Shown here piece by piece: positions 62,173-64,000 of a stretch of DNA of 64,000 bases. Positions within the stretch are counted from its first letter, which is position 1, and every line of letters begins with the position of its first letter. The DNA lies in assembly GCA_965215365.1 (NCBI GenBank), contig CBDCDS010000003.1, forward strand, positions 1,056,001 through 1,120,000, in the 5' to 3' direction. The DNA comes from Gammaproteobacteria bacterium. GTDB lineage: Bacteria; Pseudomonadota; Gammaproteobacteria; Eutrophobiales; Eutrophobiaceae. The notes beneath the pieces were generated by a model. That model worked only from the letters and a program-made list of their open reading frames with translations. It did no database searches and was not told the origin of the DNA. A program made the position numbers and the translations under genes.

Positions 62173-63040
62173 GCCGCTGCTCAAATTCCTGCGTTTCTTC
62201 ATTGAGGATGAATGAGTTGACGCGGGTCTGCCAGCCTGATGGAAGTTGGCTGATTTCATAGATGTAGTAGCCCGGGGCCTTGGCCGGGTCGTTGTAGTTG
62301 GCCGAGGCAGAGGGTACGCCGAACACGGGGATACGGCGCGCTCCGGCTTGCAGTGTGGCCTGCATCTGCCGGTGACCGTGACCGTGAATAACCAGCTCCG
62401 CGCCGGGCCCGGCCAGGGTTGACAGCAGCGCGCCGGCATCACTGAGGCCGCGCCTCGCACTCATGGAATGCGGGCTGTGGTGCAGTATGACGATGCGGTA
62501 CAGGCCCTGTTGCGCGGTCGCTTCAAGCAGCTGGCCCAGGTATTGCAGCTGCTCTTCACCCAACCTGCCGCTGGCATAAAAGGGCGGCGTGGGCACGGCG
62601 CTGCACAGGCCAATGAGCGCCACCGGGCCACGCACCCGCAGGTAAGGAAACTGTGGCCCGCGCGCCGCCGCGCCGGGGTCGCTTTGCATGTACGCGCGCC
62701 AACGTCCGAGCGTTTGCTCTAGGTCGGCGGCAATGTAGCGATCATGATTCCCCGGCACAATTGAGATATAATCGGGCGCGCCGATGCGCGTTAACCAGGT
62801 TTCGGCTTCCCGGCATTCGCGTGCGGTGCCTAGGTGCGTGAGATCGCCGCTGATAGCCAGGTGGTCGGGTTGTTGTCCTGCCAGGTGCGCCAGCGTTCGG
62901 GATAATATCTCCCTGCTGTGCGCCCGGCGCCGTTTAAGGCGCCAGGAGAGGTAGCCGAGGATACGTTTGTTGAGTAATTCCCGCCACCGGACCGGGGCCA
63001 GCGAGGTCAGGTGCGGGTCCGACAGATGCGCTATTTTCAT
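62114..63040 (-). CDS. Metallophosphoesterase (calcineurin-like)
   Basis: HLSDPH, SGDL, PGNHD, HH and HGHGH. Confidence 0.88.
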   Translation of the reverse strand: MKIAHLSDPHLTSLAPVRWRELLNKRILGYLSWRLKRRRAHSREILSRTLAHLAGQQPDHLAISGDLTHLGTARECREAETWLTRIGAPDYISIVPGNHDRYIAADLEQTLGRWRAYMQSDPGAAARGPQFPYLRVRGPVALIGLCSAVPTPPFYASGRLGEEQLQYLGQLLEATAQQGLYRIVILHHSPHSMSARRGLSDAGALLSTLAGPGAELVIHGHGHRQMQATLQAGARRIPVFGVPSASANYNDPAKAPGYYIYEISQLPSGWQTRVNSFILNEETQEFEQRLMPLAATTTGRQTSASARG

Positions 63041-63123
63041 AACGCCACAGAGTACACAGAGTACGCAGAGAAATAAACACATCCATTCCTTATGAGTCAC
63101 ATCTTGTACCAACCGGTAGGGAA

Positions 63124-63181
63124 GCCCGCAGGCGCAAAAAATCCGGCGCGATCTTCGCATCACTGGGTGAGATATGCGGGC
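63124..63181. repeat. MITE family A short form
   Basis: GCCCGCAGGC...ATCCGGCGCGATCTTCGCATCACTGGGTGAGATATGCGGGC followed by TAG. Confidence 0.8.
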
Positions 63182-64000
63182 TAGGCCGCCGCTGCCAGCG
63201 GCGTTGCTCGAGCGTATCGAACGGCAGTGCGCCGCGCCGCCGCCGCCGGCCTGTGCGGCGATGACCCGGGCCTTGCAGGAAACCTACGGCGCGGCGCTGC
63301 AAGGCATATTGTTCTACGGTTCCTGTGTGCGCGGTATGTCTCTGACAGAAGGTGTGGCCGATGCGTTTGTAGTCGTCGACAGTTACCGCAATGCGCATCC
63401 TAAGCCCTGGCAGGCCTGGCTCAATGCCTGGCTGCCCCCCAACATATTATATCGGGAAATCCCCACTGAGGCCGGATTACTGAGGCTGAAACTGGCGCTG
63501 ATCAGTATGACGGATTTTTCCAAGGGTATCCGTTACGGGTTTCATTCCTATCTGTGGGGGCGCTTTGCCCAACCGGTGCACATACTCCAGGCCCGCAATG
63601 CGGCGTTGCGGGCGGAATTTCATGAGCTGCTGGCGCACGCGGTGCTGACTTTGCTCAGGACTACGGCGCCGTCGTTGCGCGAGCAGGTCAACAACGCGGA
63701 AACCATTTGGACCCATGCCTTGGCCCTGTCATACTCTACCGAGTTTCGGGCTGAGCCCGACTCCAAGGCGGCGGAACTGGCGCGCCATCACCTTGCTGAC
63801 TACGCGGCACTGCTGGAAGACTCCCTGCCGGCTCTGGAGGCTGTGCTACACCGGGAAGGCCACGACAGCTACACGCGCCGCGCCACTGCCGCCGGCGCCC
63901 ATCGCGCCCGCCGGCAATGGCGCCGCCGCCGCCGGCTGGGACATCTGTTGTGGATGCTGAGACTGTTCAAGGCTGCGTTCACCTTCAGCAACGGGGTCGA
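63174..64000 (+). CDS. Tam41/Mmp37-like cytidylyltransferase (CpgA-like), partial; runs off the window end
   Basis: Open frame absent from the ORF track: ...LQGILFYGSCVRG..DAFVVVDSY..WLPPNILY..YLWGRFAQPV. Start at 63174, 63204 or 63261. Confidence 0.65.
   Translation, partial: MRARPPLPAALLERIERQCAAPPPPACAAMTRALQETYGAALQGILFYGSCVRGMSLTEGVADAFVVVDSYRNAHPKPWQAWLNAWLPPNILYREIPTEAGLLRLKLALISMTDFSKGIRYGFHSYLWGRFAQPVHILQARNAALRAEFHELLAHAVLTLLRTTAPSLREQVNNAETIWTHALALSYSTEFRAEPDSKAAELARHHLADYAALLEDSLPALEAVLHREGHDSYTRRATAAGAHRARRQWRRRRRLGHLLWMLRLFKAAFTFSNGV

Overview
Gammaproteobacterial chromosome segment, probably from a host-associated lineage (inferred from the gene content). 1-4100: a small defence/accessory patch with a RelE toxin end, a collapsed DUF1156/DUF499 restriction-like remnant carrying a REP-associated tyrosine transposase and REP arrays, and a Fic protein. 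The conserved def-fmt-rsmB-DUF4390-ntrY-ntrX-trkA-trkH operon is split by a ~16 kb type III-A CRISPR-Cas island with MITE-like elements at both ends. The island contains cas6, a CARF ring-nuclease-like gene, cas10-csm2-5, an MNT-HEPN pair, a frameshifted CARF-HEPN effector, an unusual cas2-cas1-cas1*-cas2 module and a 32-spacer array. Eight spacers read as antisense to pentapeptide-repeat genes, and every spacer with an assignable target is antisense to a coding strand. A palindrome (GGCAAGCTTGC) precedes each of the three cas modules. Downstream are a serralysin/RTX/Calx-beta protein with an unrecognised helical repeat, dprA-topA-purE-tsaC, a nucleotidyltransferase TA-like pair, cysC, folA-thyA-lgt, a TonB receptor, tRNA-Arg(CCG), and a sphingolipid synthesis/export cluster (spt, ACP, cerR-like, FAAL, bCerS-like, lptF/G-like, Tam41-like). 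Two MITE/REP families occupy many intergenic gaps. All calls rest on motif recognition by eye; no searches were run.
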